A DNA stretch of 64,000 bases from Escherichia coli (GCF_030013595.1 NZ_CP122768.1); one strand, 5' to 3'; counted from the stretch's first letter, positions 1-14,939 are shown. Translations and numbers: made by a program. The notes: generated by a model not told the origin, from the sequence alone.

Positions 1-171
1 CTTCATAAAGAATACCGACTCGGCCGTAACATCTGATTCTTTTAAAAATTGATTCTTTTTCATAAGCCATCACACTTTTTTGTCGTTAGCCAGCAAGAGC
101 CGTTTACTGTTAATCTGTCAGGGAGCCACCTCCCTAACAGTAGCAGAGATCTGCTTTTATATATTTATGCA

Positions 172-585
172 TTAACTGCCACGATAGGTTGAATACCCAT
201 ATTGGCTAAGTAATAAAGGCACATGATAATGCTCGTTCACTTTATTGATATGAAATTCAACGGGGATCTCAGGGAAGAAACTTTCAAGATTTTGTTTCTT
301 GAAATAGTCCCCGGTTTTAAATACGACACGGTAATCGCCCGTAGTTGCAGTTTGCTCGGGCCACAGTGCCTTAATTCGTCCATCCTTATCTGTTTTGGCG
401 GTATTAAGTTGTAACCAGCCGTTATCCGCTTTCTTTTCAAGAGTGACTGTCACGTCGGCAGCGGGTTTTCCTGTTTGCTGGTTCAAAATGTGCACGCTAA
501 GAATGTTTTGTTGTGCAGCATAGACCAAAGAAGGTAATGAAAATGCAGCCGTTACTACGGAGAGTACTAAATAACGCTTTAACAT
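172..585 (-). CDS. hiuH: 5-hydroxyisourate hydrolase (transthyretin-like periplasmic protein)
   Basis: 137-aa ORF with signal peptide; recognised as HiuH/YedX; conserved position next to hprRS. Confidence 0.9.
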   Translation of the reverse strand: MLKRYLVLSVVTAAFSLPSLVYAAQQNILSVHILNQQTGKPAADVTVTLEKKADNGWLQLNTAKTDKDGRIKALWPEQTATTGDYRVVFKTGDYFKKQNLESFFPEIPVEFHINKVNEHYHVPLLLSQYGYSTYRGS

Positions 586-717
586 GTTTATATCCTTGTC
601 ATGTGAATGAGTTTTGAGGATAGCGAAAAAGCGTCCAGGGTAACCTTACAGAAGCATTACAATTTTGTAATGAACCAGGCTGTTTCTATAACATATGATT
701 TATGGCATATTATTTTC

Positions 718-1389
718 ATGAAGATTTTACTTATTGAAGATAATCAAAGGACCCAGGAATGGGTAACGCAGGGGCTTTCCGAAGCGGGTTATGTCATTGA
801 TGCCGTTTCTGATGGCAGAGATGGGCTTTATCTTGCGCTGAAGGATGATTATGCATTGATCATTCTGGATATTATGCTTCCGGGTATGGATGGCTGGCAG
901 ATCTTACAAACGTTAAGAACAGCAAAGCAAACCCCTGTTATTTGCCTTACTGCAAGGGATTCTGTCGATGACAGAGTCAGAGGGCTGGAGAGTGGAGCAA
1001 ATGATTATCTGGTAAAACCTTTTTCATTTTCTGAGTTGCTGGCAAGGGTTCGGGCACAATTAAGGCAACATCACGCTTTGAATTCAACATTAGAAATCAG
1101 TGGCTTAAGAATGGACTCTGTTAGTCAAAGTGTGAGCAGGGACAATATCAGTATTACACTGACGCGCAAGGAGTTTCAGCTACTTTGGCTACTGGCCTCC
1201 AGAGCTGGCGAAATTATACCCAGAACGGTTATTGCGAGTGAAATTTGGGGAATCAACTTTGATAGTGATACCAATACGGTGGATGTCGCCATTCGCAGGC
1301 TCCGCGCAAAAGTTGATGATCCTTTTCCTGAAAAGCTAATCGCCACAATCCGGGGGATGGGCTATTCATTCGTAGCGGTAAAAAAATAA
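718..1389 (+). CDS. hprR: two-component response regulator (OmpR family)
   Basis: ORF track 607..1389; receiver domain begins at ATG 718 (MKILLIEDN); winged-helix C-terminus. Confidence 0.9.
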   Translation: MKILLIEDNQRTQEWVTQGLSEAGYVIDAVSDGRDGLYLALKDDYALIILDIMLPGMDGWQILQTLRTAKQTPVICLTARDSVDDRVRGLESGANDYLVKPFSFSELLARVRAQLRQHHALNSTLEISGLRMDSVSQSVSRDNISITLTRKEFQLLWLLASRAGEIIPRTVIASEIWGINFDSDTNTVDVAIRRLRAKVDDPFPEKLIATIRGMGYSFVAVKK

Positions 1390-2747
1390 TGAAAAGATTA
1401 TCTATAACCGTCCGTTTAACCTTGCTTTTTATATTGCTGCTGTCTGTTGCTGGCGCTGGAATTGTATGGACTCTCTATAATGGCCTGGCAAGTGAGTTGA
1501 AATGGCGCGATGATACAACACTCATTAACCGGACAGCGCAGATCAAGCAGTTGTTAATTGATGGGGTAAATCCAGATACGTTACCTGTGTACTTTAACCG
1601 GATGATGGATGTTAGTCAGGATATCTTGATCATTCATGGTGATGGCATCAATAAAATTGTTAACCGGACAAATGTCAGTGATGGCATGTTAAATAACATA
1701 CCTGCTAGTGAGACAATCAGCGCAGCTGGCATTTACAGAAGCATTATTAATGACACAGAGATAGATGCTTTACGAATTAATATTGATGAAGTTTCGCCAT
1801 CATTAACGGTTACTGTGGCTAAATTGGCTTCAGCCAGACATAACATGCTTGAACAGTATAAAATCAATAGCATTATAATTTGCATTGTCGCCATTATACT
1901 GTGCTCAGTATTAAGTCCGTTGTTAATCAGAACGGGGTTACGAGAGATCAAAAAGTTGAGTGGTGTAACGGAAGCGCTGAATTATAACGATAGCCGAGAG
2001 CCTGTTGAAGTTAGCGCATTACCGAGAGAACTAAAACCTCTTGGGCAGGCGTTGAATAAAATGCACCAAGCCTTAGTCAAAGATTTTGAACGCCTTAGTC
2101 AATTTGCTGACGATCTCGCTCATGAACTTAGAACGCCAATTAATGCATTACTGGGTCAGAATCAGGTTACGCTCAGTCAAACCAGAAGTATCGCTGAATA
2201 TCAAAAAACAATTGCCGGAAACATTGAAGAGCTGGAAAATATTTCGCGGTTAACAGAGAACATACTGTTTCTTGCCAGGGCAGATAAAAACAATGTTTTG
2301 GTGAAACTGGATTCGCTTTCTCTCAATAAGGAAGTCGAAAATTTGTTGGACTATCTTGAATACCTTTCAGACGAGAAAGAGATTTGCTTTAAGGTCGAGT
2401 GCAATCAGCAAATTTTTGCGGATAAAATTTTACTGCAACGAATGTTATCGAATCTTATTGTTAACGCTATTCGATATTCACCAGAAAAATCGCGCATTCT
2501 TATAACCAGTTTTCTTGATACCAACGGTTCTCTTAATATTGATATCGCCAGTCCTGGAACGAAAATTCATGAGCCTGAAAAACTCTTCCGTAGATTTTGG
2601 CGGGGAGATAATTCGCGTCATTCCGTAGGTCAGGGACTTGGTCTTTCTTTAGTCAAAGCGATTGCCGAATTGCATGGGGGAAGTGCTACGTATCACTATC
2701 TCAATAAGCATAATGTGTTCCGGATTACGTTACCGCAAAGAAATTAA
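1389..2747 (+). CDS. hprS: sensor histidine kinase
   Basis: 452-aa ORF; transmembrane N-terminus; H-box (ELRTPIN) and ATPase motifs; start overlaps hprR stop. Confidence 0.9.
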   Translation: MKRLSITVRLTLLFILLLSVAGAGIVWTLYNGLASELKWRDDTTLINRTAQIKQLLIDGVNPDTLPVYFNRMMDVSQDILIIHGDGINKIVNRTNVSDGMLNNIPASETISAAGIYRSIINDTEIDALRINIDEVSPSLTVTVAKLASARHNMLEQYKINSIIICIVAIILCSVLSPLLIRTGLREIKKLSGVTEALNYNDSREPVEVSALPRELKPLGQALNKMHQALVKDFERLSQFADDLAHELRTPINALLGQNQVTLSQTRSIAEYQKTIAGNIEELENISRLTENILFLARADKNNVLVKLDSLSLNKEVENLLDYLEYLSDEKEICFKVECNQQIFADKILLQRMLSNLIVNAIRYSPEKSRILITSFLDTNGSLNIDIASPGTKIHEPEKLFRRFWRGDNSRHSVGQGLGLSLVKAIAELHGGSATYHYLNKHNVFRITLPQRN

Positions 2748-2853
2748 CATAGGGCTTCAGTACGCCATAAATTAACCGTGAAAAACGCAGCCACGTCGTG
2801 AGTACTAACGCGGCTGCGATTGATTATGCGCTTACATTCAAACGTAACAGGGA

Positions 2854-3705
2854 TTAACCCGCGTAAGCTGCCAGCATTTCCTGCGCCGCCAGTTTACCCA
2901 ACGCATTCGCTGCGAAAGGACTGTCGCCGGTGAGAACTTTACGGTCCTTATGTACTCGCCCGGTGATGTCGTCATTAATGATGTTCATGCCCATTTTCTT
3001 CAGCTCTTCGCCAAAGTACCAGGTGAGATGACCCGGCATATAGCCTATCTCTGGTGTTTGTTTGTCTGCGGCGTCTGGGAATGCGCAAATGGAATAACCA
3101 TTCAGTGGGTTATCGCCGTGGCGAAGTGCCAGAAAAGCCGCCGGGCCGTGGCAAAGGGAGATAACAAAACGGTCATTTTTGATTGCCCACTGTAAAGCGG
3201 CAGCTACGTCCTGGCTTTCAGGTAAACCAATAAGTGCGCCATGACCACCAGGAACAAAGATTGCTGCATATTCGCTGTCAGCGTTGAGGCTGGCGACAAC
3301 ATCCGCGAGTTTCTTCGGATTGCGGAACAAAGATTTATGCTGCTCAAAGAATGGCATTACTTTTTCATCTTTGTGCGGCATAGCCCAGTATTCAAACTTG
3401 GTCATCAGACCGGAAATGGTCGCCACTTCGAATTCGAAACCTGCAGCGTGGAGATGATACAACGGCAGCAATGTTTCAATCGGATGGTTACCGGTCGAGA
3501 ACAGTTTTCCGTTATCGGTCGGCAAATAACGTTCGTCCGCGGCGATCACCAGAATTTTATGTTTACCGCGATACGGTTTTGGATAGTCCACGCCATCAAG
3601 ATCAGAGACAGGACTGGTATATTGGCTAAGCGAATATTCTGAAGGGAAGAATGCATTATCTTCAGCAATATCGACCTGCGGATTTTTACTTGTTTGAACA
3701 GTCAT
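2854..3705 (-). CDS. hchA: Hsp31 chaperone / glyoxalase III (DJ-1/PfpI family)
   Basis: 283-aa ORF recognised as HchA. Confidence 0.92.
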   Translation of the reverse strand: MTVQTSKNPQVDIAEDNAFFPSEYSLSQYTSPVSDLDGVDYPKPYRGKHKILVIAADERYLPTDNGKLFSTGNHPIETLLPLYHLHAAGFEFEVATISGLMTKFEYWAMPHKDEKVMPFFEQHKSLFRNPKKLADVVASLNADSEYAAIFVPGGHGALIGLPESQDVAAALQWAIKNDRFVISLCHGPAAFLALRHGDNPLNGYSICAFPDAADKQTPEIGYMPGHLTWYFGEELKKMGMNIINDDITGRVHKDRKVLTGDSPFAANALGKLAAQEMLAAYAG

Positions 3706-4295
3706 AGTGTATTCCTTATTGTTGCTTAGTTAGGGTAGTCACTATATTTGCGACTGAGCTGGTCGCTATTTTTAACCAGGCTGGAAAATTGAGTCAATAT
3801 ATCGAAAGCGGTAGTCGTGGGTGTAAGTATGTAATGATGATGCTGCACTGGTGTTGAATATTATTCACGCCAAATTTTCCTTATTGAGCTACGTCGTCGC
3901 AAGTGGCCTCAATGATTTTAGACCATTATCAGAGGTACGGGGCGGCGGGGAGAGATTTAGTGCTGTGGAATATCGTGGTGCTGATGAATATTTATATCCC
4001 GGATTGGCAGAGAAAAAGCTTTTTTCATGCACTATTTTTGCAAATATTTCTATATGGGGGGCGGTTTTGTTGCAGATTAATTCATAAAGAAATGCATTTG
4101 GGTGTTGGCTGGAAGAGACGCTGGTAGATTTTATTGAGCCAGGAGGGGCGGGGTAATGTGCTGTATCGATATGCTTTGGCAAATGCGTGTGCCGCAGATG
4201 GAGATGAAATGCCAATAAAAAAGCCTGAGTTCGATGAGGGACGAACTCAGGCTATTGTTAAGTTTTACAGTAACACGCCGCGGCGCGTTGGCTGA

Positions 4296-5483
4296 TTAGA
4301 ACTGGTAGACTAAGCCCACAGCTACGATATCATCGGTAGCGATGCCGTTTTCTTTGTAGAAGTCGTCGTCGTTGTCCAGCAGGTTGATTTTGTAATCAAC
4401 GTAGGTGGACATGTTTTTGTTGAAGTAGTAGGTCATACCAATATCAACATATTTAACCAGATCTTTGTTGGTGTAATGATGATTGCCCTGGCTGTCGAAG
4501 TTATCACTATTTACACCGCCTAAATCCTTACCTTTAGATTGCAGGTAAGCGATGGACGGGCGCAGACCGAAGTCGAACTGATACTGAGCAACCACTTCAA
4601 AGTTTTGGGTTTTGTTAGCGATCGCATCAGCATCACCGTAACCAGTCATGTTACGGGTTTCAGCATACATAGCTGCTAAGTAAACGTTATTAGCGTCGTA
4701 TTTAGCACCAACGGTCCATGCTTCTGCTGTTTCACCGCCAGCAGTTGCATCGAAGCGATCTCCATAACGAGTGTTATGAGTACCTTTGTGAACCTGATTG
4801 TCGGTACGGTCAGAGTTAGAGTAAGCAGCGCCCAGACTTAAACCAAAGTCAAAGTCATAGGAAGTGGACATACCGAAGCCGTCGCCGTTCTCTTTAGCTA
4901 ACTTACGGCCATTACCGTTACCAGAACCTTCCTGACCGAATAATCCATCATCTTCATTATTACCCTGATATTGCAGAGCAAAGTTCAGGCCATCGACCTG
5001 GCCAAAGAAGCCATTGTTACGGTAGGTTGCAACACCATTAGCACGACCGTTCATGAAGTTGTCGGCACCAGCATAGGTATCGCCACCAAATTCTGGCAGC
5101 ATATCGGTCCATGCTTCGATGTCATATACGACACCGTAGTTACGACCATAGTCGAAAGTACCATTCTGACCAAAGCCTAAACCTGCAAATGCCAGACGCG
5201 TTGCGGTATTACCTTTGTCGCTTTCAGGACCGTTTGCGCCAATGTTAAATTCCCACTGACCATAACCAGTGAATTGGTCAGCGATCTGAGTTTCACCTTT
5301 GAAACCGATACGGGCATATGACATGTCGCCATCGCTGCCAGCATCATCAGAGAAGTAGTGCAGGCCCGCTACTTTTCCGTACAAATCCAGTTTATTACCA
5401 TCTTTATTATAGACTTCAGCCGCATTTGCTGCGCCAGCAACTAATAACGCCGGGACCAGCATTGCCAGAACTTTTCTTTTCAT
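4296..5483 (-). CDS. yedS: OmpC/OmpF-family outer membrane porin, apparently intact
   Basis: ORF 4296..5513; signal peptide from ATG 5483 ([21 protein letters not shown]); porin motifs; C-terminal aromatic residue. Confidence 0.8.
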   Translation of the reverse strand: MKRKVLAMLVPALLVAGAANAAEVYNKDGNKLDLYGKVAGLHYFSDDAGSDGDMSYARIGFKGETQIADQFTGYGQWEFNIGANGPESDKGNTATRLAFAGLGFGQNGTFDYGRNYGVVYDIEAWTDMLPEFGGDTYAGADNFMNGRANGVATYRNNGFFGQVDGLNFALQYQGNNEDDGLFGQEGSGNGNGRKLAKENGDGFGMSTSYDFDFGLSLGAAYSNSDRTDNQVHKGTHNTRYGDRFDATAGGETAEAWTVGAKYDANNVYLAAMYAETRNMTGYGDADAIANKTQNFEVVAQYQFDFGLRPSIAYLQSKGKDLGGVNSDNFDSQGNHHYTNKDLVKYVDIGMTYYFNKNMSTYVDYKINLLDNDDDFYKENGIATDDIVAVGLVYQF

Positions 5484-6111
5484 TATGTATTCCCTTGTGA
5501 TTATAATCTTCATGAATATATCAATAAGTGCTGTTATCCAAAAAAAAGCACATTTGGATACTATTCTATGAAGTTCATTTTATTTTAAAGATTACATGTA
5601 ACAAATGTATTTAAAAGATTTCAAAATGTTTCCAATCTGTTTAATATAATTCAGAATTATGAATTCTGAATATAAATATTCACGAATATTATGAATGCAT
5701 ATCAATATGTTATGAGTTGAGCGGAAACATAGGGAGTATCAATGATTGTTGTGCTAAACGGCTGGTGTGATCTCGCGCACATTAATGAAGGCATAAAAAA
5801 AGCCGGCATCATGCCGGCCCAAAAAATATAAACAAGACGATAAAAGGCTAATAACGGAAGCATCATGACACAGAATAATAAAAAGGGATAATTGTAATCA
5901 GTGCTAATATATTGATTGAATGAATTAATAAAGCCGATATCAAAGATAAATAAAATCGCTCAAAACGATTTTTCCTGTATTCACTGCCATTGCGCAAAAA
6001 TTATCTATTTGTTCAAAAAATGATTGAGTCTTGACTGGCTCATCCAATGTGGAAAAATGTGACTTTTATCACATAATAGTACTAAGTCTGAATTTTCCGG
6101 GTTATCTCAAA

Positions 6112-6414
6112 ATGGAATACGGTTCGACAAAGATGGAAGAGAGACTCACTCGCAGCCCTGGTGGCAAATTGGCTTTGTGGGCTTTCTATACATGGTGTGG
6201 CTATTTTGTCTGGGCAATGGCGCGTTACATCTGGGTGATGAGCCGGATCCCCGATGCCCCCGTGTCGGGATTTGAAAGCGATTTAGGCTCTACCGCGGGA
6301 AAGTGGTTAGGGGCACTGGTTGGCTTTTTATTTATGGCTCTGGTCGGGGCATTGTTAGGCAGCATTGCCTGGTACACCCGACCTCGTCCCGCACGTAGCA
6401 GACGCTATGAATAA
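6112..6414 (+). CDS. yedR: inner membrane protein
   Basis: ORF 6031..6414 opens on TTG; first ATG at 6112 (MEYGST); two hydrophobic helices. Confidence 0.7.
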   Translation: MEYGSTKMEERLTRSPGGKLALWAFYTWCGYFVWAMARYIWVMSRIPDAPVSGFESDLGSTAGKWLGALVGFLFMALVGALLGSIAWYTRPRPARSRRYE

Positions 6415-6452
6415 AAACTGCTAAGGTTGCGACCCTTGGCAACGGAGCGCGT

Positions 6453-7148
6453 ATGGACGTACAACACTGGCAGGTACAGTTCGAAAACTGGTTGAAAAAC
6501 CATCATCAGCACCAGGACGCGGCCCATGACGTGTGTCATTTTCGCCGCGTCTGGGCTACGGCACAGAAGCTGGCGGCAGATGACGATGTCGATATGCTGG
6601 TGATTTTAACCGCCTGTTATTTTCACGATATTGTGAGCCTGGCGAAAGATCATCCGCAACGGCAGCGTTCTTCAATCCTGGCGGCAGAAGAGACGCGTCG
6701 CCTGCTCCGTGAAGAGTTCGTGCAATTTCCGGCGGAGAAAATTGAGGCCGTTTGTCATGCCATTGCCGCGCACAGTTTCAGCGCGCAAATCGCCCCCTTA
6801 ACAACGGAAGCTAAAATCGTCCAGGATGCGGATCGGCTGGAAGCCCTGGGGGCGATTGGCCTGGCGCGCGTGTTTGCCGTTTCAGGGGCATTGGGCGTGG
6901 CGCTGTTTGATGGCGAAGATCCGTTCGCACAGCATCGCCCGCTGGATGATAAACGCTACGCGCTGGATCATTTCCAGACTAAGTTGCTGAAGCTACCGCA
7001 AACCATGCAAACCGCAAGAGGCAAGCAGCTGGCGCAGCACAACGCGCAATTTTTAGTCGAGTTTATGGCGAAGCTCAGTGCCGAACTGGCGGGGGAGAAT
7101 GAAGGTGTCGATCACAAGGTGATAGATGCGTTTTCACCCGCGGGCTGA
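6453..7148 (+). CDS. yedJ: HD-domain phosphohydrolase
   Basis: 231-aa ORF with HD motif (CYFHDIV). Confidence 0.85.
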   Translation: MDVQHWQVQFENWLKNHHQHQDAAHDVCHFRRVWATAQKLAADDDVDMLVILTACYFHDIVSLAKDHPQRQRSSILAAEETRRLLREEFVQFPAEKIEAVCHAIAAHSFSAQIAPLTTEAKIVQDADRLEALGAIGLARVFAVSGALGVALFDGEDPFAQHRPLDDKRYALDHFQTKLLKLPQTMQTARGKQLAQHNAQFLVEFMAKLSAELAGENEGVDHKVIDAFSPAG

Positions 7149-7214
7149 GCGCGTGGCCCTAAATGGCTGTAATTATGTTAACCTGTCGGCCATCTCAGAT
7201 GGCCGGTTAAATCT

Positions 7215-8633
7215 ATGCAGGAAAATATATCAGTAACCGATTTATACAGCACCGGGAATGCCGCACAGGCAATGCTGGAGAAACTGCTGCAAATTTATGA
7301 TGTTAAAACGCTGGTGGCGCAGCTTAATGGTGTGGGTGAGAATCACTGGAGCGCGGCAATTTTAAAACGTGCGCTGGCGAATGACTCGGCATGGCATCGT
7401 TTAAGTGAGAAAGAGTTCGCCCATCTGCAAACGTTGTTACCCAAACCACCGGCACATCATCCGCATTATGCGTTTCGCTTTATCGATCTATTTGCCGGAA
7501 TTGGCGGCATCCGTCGCGGTTTTGAATCGATTGGCGGACAGTGCGTGTTTACCAGCGAATGGAACAAACATGCGGTACGCACTTATAAAGCCAATCATTA
7601 TTGCGACCCGGCGACGCATCATTTTAATGAAGATATCCGCGACATCACCCTCAGCCATAAAGACGGCGTGAGTGATGAGGCGGCGGCGGAACATATTCGT
7701 CAACACATTCCTGAACACGATGTATTACTGGCGGGTTTTCCTTGTCAGCCATTTTCGCTGGCTGGCGTATCGAAAAAGAACTCGCTCGGGCGGGCGCATG
7801 GTTTTGCCTGCGATACCCAGGGCACGCTGTTCTTTGATGTGGTGCGCATTATCGACGCGCGTCGTCCGGCGATGTTTGTGCTCGAAAACGTCAAAAACCT
7901 GAAAAGTCACGATAAAGGAAAAACGTTCCGCATCATCATGCAGACGCTGGAGGAACTGGGCTATGACGTGGCTGATGCAGAAGATAACGGGCCGGACGAT
8001 CCGAAAATCATCGATGGTAAACATTTCCTGCCGCAGCACCGTGAACGCATCGTGCTGGTGGGGTTTCGTCGCGATCTGAATCTGAAAGCCGATTTTACCC
8101 TGCGTGATATCAGCGAATGTTTCCCTGCGCAGCGAGTGACGCTGGCCCAGCTGCTGGACCCGATGGTCGAGGCGAAATATATCCTGACGCCGGTGTTGTG
8201 GAAGTACCTCTATCGTTATGCGAAAAAACATCAGGCACGCGGTAACGGCTTCGGTTATGGAATGGTTTATCCGAACAATCCGCAAAGCGTCACGCGTACG
8301 CTGTCTGCGCGTTATTACAAAGATGGCGCGGAAATTTTAATCGATCGCGGTTGGGATATGGCCACGGGTGAGAAAGACTTTGACGATCCGCTGAATCATC
8401 AACATCGTCCACGTCGGTTAACGCCTCGGGAATGCGCGCGCTTAATGGGTTTTGAAGCGCCGGGAGAAGCGAAATTCCGCATTCCGGTTTCGGACACTCA
8501 GGCCTATCGCCAGTTCGGTAACTCGGTGGTCGTACCGGTCTTTGCCGCGGTGGCAAAACTGCTTGAGCCAAAAATCAAACAGGCGGTGGCGTTGCGTCAG
8601 CAAGAGGCACAACATGGCCGACGTTCACGATAA
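7215..8633 (+). CDS. dcm: DNA-cytosine C5 methyltransferase (CCWGG)
   Basis: 472-aa ORF; FxGxG SAM motif ([12 protein letters not shown]); catalytic PCQ ([11 protein letters not shown]). Confidence 0.95.
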   Translation: MQENISVTDLYSTGNAAQAMLEKLLQIYDVKTLVAQLNGVGENHWSAAILKRALANDSAWHRLSEKEFAHLQTLLPKPPAHHPHYAFRFIDLFAGIGGIRRGFESIGGQCVFTSEWNKHAVRTYKANHYCDPATHHFNEDIRDITLSHKDGVSDEAAAEHIRQHIPEHDVLLAGFPCQPFSLAGVSKKNSLGRAHGFACDTQGTLFFDVVRIIDARRPAMFVLENVKNLKSHDKGKTFRIIMQTLEELGYDVADAEDNGPDDPKIIDGKHFLPQHRERIVLVGFRRDLNLKADFTLRDISECFPAQRVTLAQLLDPMVEAKYILTPVLWKYLYRYAKKHQARGNGFGYGMVYPNNPQSVTRTLSARYYKDGAEILIDRGWDMATGEKDFDDPLNHQHRPRRLTPRECARLMGFEAPGEAKFRIPVSDTQAYRQFGNSVVVPVFAAVAKLLEPKIKQAVALRQQEAQHGRRSR

Positions 8634-9084
8634 GGCCACACGCAGCAAAAATATGCGCGCAATTGCCACGCGTGATACGGCGATTGAGAAGCGTCTCGCC
8701 AGTTTGTTAACCGGGCAGGGACTGGCGTTTCGCGTTCAGGACGCCAGTCTGCCCGGACGCCCGGATTTTGTCGTTGATGAATATCGCTGCGTGATATTTA
8801 CCCACGGCTGCTTCTGGCATCATCATCACTGCTATCTGTTTAAAGTGCCTGCGACTCGAACCGAGTTCTGGCTGGAGAAGATAGGTAAAAATGTTGAGCG
8901 GGATCGCCGTGATATCAGTCGCTTGCAGGAGCTTGACTGGCGTGTACTGATTGTCTGGGAGTGTGCGTTACGTGGGCGCGAGAAGCTGACGGATGAAGCG
9001 CTTACCGAGCGTCTGGAAGAGTGGATCTGCGGCGAAGGTGCCAGCGCGCAGATCGACACGCAGGGGATTCATTTACTCGCTTGA
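8614..9084 (+). CDS. vsr: very-short-patch repair endonuclease
   Basis: ATG at 8614 ([17 protein letters not shown]) overlapping dcm 3' end; 156 aa. Confidence 0.93.
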   Translation: MADVHDKATRSKNMRAIATRDTAIEKRLASLLTGQGLAFRVQDASLPGRPDFVVDEYRCVIFTHGCFWHHHHCYLFKVPATRTEFWLEKIGKNVERDRRDISRLQELDWRVLIVWECALRGREKLTDEALTERLEEWICGEGASAQIDTQGIHLLA

Positions 9085-9993
9085 TGCGTCCTGAATAACT
9101 GGCGCAACTACGGGTTTGGCCGGGAAGAGATATTTTCCCAACGTGACCAGTACCACTGCGAAGACAATTACGCCGAGCGCCAGCCATTCAATCTTCGACA
9201 GCGTCTCTCCGCCCAGTCCCGTACCCAGCAAGACCGCGACCACCGGGTTAACGTAGGCGTAGCTGGTGGCGAGAGCCGGACTGACGTTGCGGATTAAATA
9301 CATATAAGCGTTAATGGCGATAATCGAACCAAACAGCGCCAGATAGCCGACCGCAAGGAAGCCTGAAAGGGAAGGGAGCGCCGTCAGTTTTTCACCCGCA
9401 ATTATCGACGCGATCATTAACACCACGCCTGCCGCCAGCATCTCAATCGCACCCGCCATCATCCCTACAGGTAAGGTAATGCGCGAGCCATAAACCGAGC
9501 CAAACGCCCAGCTAATCGAGCCGATTAAAATCAGAATCGCGCCCCACGGATTGCCGCTTAAATTTCCACCGCTATTGAGCATGATGATTCCGGCAAGCCC
9601 AATGGCGATACCCACCCATTCCAGTTTGCGCGTTTTAATGCCAAACAGGCGGCTGAAGCACAGGGTAAAGAGGGGCACGGTTGCAACCACTACGGCGGCG
9701 ATGCCGGAAGGAACATTTTGATGTTCGGCAACCGTCACCATGCCATTACCGACAGCCAGCAATAACAGGCCAATCAGCGCGGCATTGAGCAACGGACGTA
9801 GCGGGGGGAGTTTGTGTCCGCGCAGTAGCAAAAATGCCAGCAATAAAATACCGGCTGCCAGGAATCGAACGCCCGCCATCATTAACGGAGGCCAGCTTTC
9901 CACGCCAATCCGAATGACAAAATAGGTTGAGCCCCAAATGATATACAACGCAAACAGCGCGCCAAAAAGCGGTAACAACTGGCGGAAACGCAT
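9073..9993 (-). CDS. yedA: EamA/DMT-family transporter
   Basis: 306-aa polytopic membrane ORF. Confidence 0.88.
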   Translation of the reverse strand: MRFRQLLPLFGALFALYIIWGSTYFVIRIGVESWPPLMMAGVRFLAAGILLLAFLLLRGHKLPPLRPLLNAALIGLLLLAVGNGMVTVAEHQNVPSGIAAVVVATVPLFTLCFSRLFGIKTRKLEWVGIAIGLAGIIMLNSGGNLSGNPWGAILILIGSISWAFGSVYGSRITLPVGMMAGAIEMLAAGVVLMIASIIAGEKLTALPSLSGFLAVGYLALFGSIIAINAYMYLIRNVSPALATSYAYVNPVVAVLLGTGLGGETLSKIEWLALGVIVFAVVLVTLGKYLFPAKPVVAPVIQDASSE

Positions 9994-10165
9994 AATCCCT
10001 CACGGTGGAAATAAAAAGGTGGGTCATAGTAAACGTGAAAATCATTCTGCTGGCGAGAGATATAATTGCACTTGATTGTTAAAAAAATGTTGACCTGTGA
10101 AGCAAGTATCAGAGCTGCCGTTTTTGCTTCATACTTACACCCTTCAACAATAAAAATGAGAGGGA

Positions 10166-11083
10166 ATGCTTTTGGCCGGGAGTAGTTTACTGACGTTGCT
10201 CGATGATATCGCCACACTGCTGGACGATATTTCCGTGATGGGCAAACTGGCGGCGAAGAAAACCGCCGGTGTATTAGGGGATGACTTATCGCTCAATGCG
10301 CAACAAGTTTCAGGCGTGCGGGCCAACCGGGAACTTCCCGTGGTCTGGGGCGTGGCGAAAGGATCGCTGATCAATAAAGTGATTCTGGTGCCGCTGGCGC
10401 TGATCATCAGTGCGTTTATCCCGTGGGCGATTACGCCACTGTTGATGATTGGCGGCGCGTTTCTCTGCTTTGAAGGGGTAGAGAAAGTGCTGCATATGCT
10501 GGAGGCGCGTAAACATAAAGAAGATCCGGCGCAGAGTCAGCAACGTCTGGAGAAGCTGGCGGCGCAGGATCCGCTGAAGTTTGAAAAGGACAAAATAAAA
10601 GGGGCGATTCGTACCGATTTTATATTGTCTGCGGAAATTGTCGCCATCACGCTGGGGATTGTGGCCGAAGCGCCGTTGCTTAATCAGGTGCTGGTGCTTT
10701 CAGGCATCGCGCTGGTAGTGACCGTGGGCGTCTACGGTCTGGTAGGGGTTATCGTTAAGATTGATGACCTGGGGTATTGGCTGGCGGAAAAATCCAGCGC
10801 ACTGATGCAGGCATTAGGTAAAGGGTTATTGATCATTGCGCCCTGGCTGATGAAAGCGTTATCGATTGTCGGCACGCTGGCGATGTTCCTCGTCGGCGGT
10901 GGGATTGTGGTACATGGAATTGCGCCGCTGCATCACGCCATTGAACATTTCGCCGGGCAGCAAAGTGCAGTGGTGGCGATGATATTACCGACTGTTTTAA
11001 ATCTGATTCTTGGTTTTATCATCGGCGGCATCGTGGTGCTGGGAGTGAAAGCAGTAGCGAAAATGCGTGGTCAGGCACATTAA
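10166..11083 (+). CDS. yedI: DUF808 inner membrane protein
   Basis: 305-aa ORF, hydrophobic, conserved position. Confidence 0.85.
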   Translation: MLLAGSSLLTLLDDIATLLDDISVMGKLAAKKTAGVLGDDLSLNAQQVSGVRANRELPVVWGVAKGSLINKVILVPLALIISAFIPWAITPLLMIGGAFLCFEGVEKVLHMLEARKHKEDPAQSQQRLEKLAAQDPLKFEKDKIKGAIRTDFILSAEIVAITLGIVAEAPLLNQVLVLSGIALVVTVGVYGLVGVIVKIDDLGYWLAEKSSALMQALGKGLLIIAPWLMKALSIVGTLAMFLVGGGIVVHGIAPLHHAIEHFAGQQSAVVAMILPTVLNLILGFIIGGIVVLGVKAVAKMRGQAH

Positions 11084-11161
11084 TACTCGCACTGGCTATT
11101 ATGCAAAATTCGCCATCTTCAACTAAGGTGAACAAGTTTCACTCGAAAAAAGGAGGCGAGT

Positions 11162-11404
11162 ATGAGCTTTATGGTTAGTGAGGAAGTTACGGTTAAAGAG
11201 GGCGGCCCGCGGATGATTGTCACTGGATACTCCAGCGGTATGGTTGAGTGTCGTTGGTATGACGGTTACGGGGTCAAGCGGGAAGCTTTTCATGAAACCG
11301 AGCTTGTTCCGGGGAGGGGAGTCGTCCTGCGGAAGAAGTTTGAAAGGGTATCATTAACACCAGGCCGGATCACATCCGGCCTGGTGTACCAATGCCTGCA
11401 ATGA
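11162..11404 (+). CDS. yodC: small protein YodC, C-terminus altered by apparent frameshift
   Basis: 80-aa ORF; N-terminal 50 aa match recalled YodC; ORF then reads through the downstream hairpin. Confidence 0.6.
   Translation: MSFMVSEEVTVKEGGPRMIVTGYSSGMVECRWYDGYGVKREAFHETELVPGRGVVLRKKFERVSLTPGRITSGLVYQCLQ
11358..11386 (+). terminator. GC-rich palindromic hairpin (REP-like or terminator) downstream of the expected yodC end
   Basis: caccaggccggatcacatccggcctggtg is a perfect inverted repeat. Confidence 0.45.
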
Positions 11405-11513
11405 ATGATAGTCGCGTCTTATCATGCCACCATTATAAAATTATCGCTGTTTTGCGGTACGTTATCGCCGGGTTATGCCAGAATCATAAAAAAGCAGGTT
11501 GGGTGTCGTCAGG

Positions 11514-14038
<2,525 letters not shown>

Positions 14039-14217
14039 TTACCAGGATGATTCTCAAAACAGCACAAATTATCAAAGATGATTTTTTCGGGAGCGATCCC
14101 GTTGACGCCAGAGCCACCAAGGGGTGACGCGCGTCACATTTCTATTCATAAGTAGCGTTAATCATTCATATCACGAATATTTTCTTGTCAGCGAAAAAAA
14201 TTGCGGATAAGGTGATG

Positions 14218-14304
14218 AACACATCAGATTTCCTGGTGTAACGAATTTTTTAAGTGCTTCTTGCTTAAGCAAGTTTCATCCCGACCCCCTCAGGGTCGGG
14301 ATTT
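14218..14304 (+). ncRNA. dsrA: DsrA small regulatory RNA (Hfq-dependent)
   Basis: Sequence aacacatcagatttcctggtgtaacgaatttttt...cccgaccccctcagggtcgggattt matches DsrA including intrinsic terminator. Confidence 0.9.
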
Positions 14305-14317
14305 TTTTATTGTGCAT

Positions 14318-14545
14318 TCAACGATTCACTTCAGAGACGCTGAAGTCATGAATATCCAGTTCGAAGGCATCCGCCAATTCACGCCATGTATGATATTCAC
14401 GTCCATCGACGCTAACGTGTTCAGAATCGTTCTGGCTGCGATGAACTTCGCTTTCGCTAATTTCATTGATCGCCGCCAGCAGGGCATCGACATCGACGCT
14501 GACCTCACGTTTTGCGGTATCGCTGTACTCTTTTGCGGTTTTCAT
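14318..14545 (-). CDS. yodD: stress-induced small protein
   Basis: ORF 14318..14560; start at MKTAKEYSDTAK; 75 aa. Confidence 0.85.
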   Translation of the reverse strand: MKTAKEYSDTAKREVSVDVDALLAAINEISESEVHRSQNDSEHVSVDGREYHTWRELADAFELDIHDFSVSEVNR

Positions 14546-14617
14546 CATCTTTCCTCGCAACCGTTACTCTGTTGTTGCCGCCAGTCGTTAAGTCCGCCTG
14601 GCATCTCTTAAGTATAG

Positions 14618-14896
<279 letters not shown>

Positions 14897-14939
14897 TTTA
14901 ATTCAGCCTGACTGGTGGGAAACCACCAGTCAGAATGTG

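Noticed and set aside
6031-6111. TTG-initiated extension of yedR
   Set aside because: Alternative start with no RBS; the hydrophobic protein begins at ATG 6112
8452-8613. N-terminal extension of the vsr ORF
   Set aside because: Extension lies inside the dcm reading frame; vsr starts at ATG 8614 (MADVHDK)
14261-14611. 116-aa plus-strand ORF across the dsrA 3' end and yodD
   Set aside because: Overlaps the DsrA terminator and is antisense to yodD
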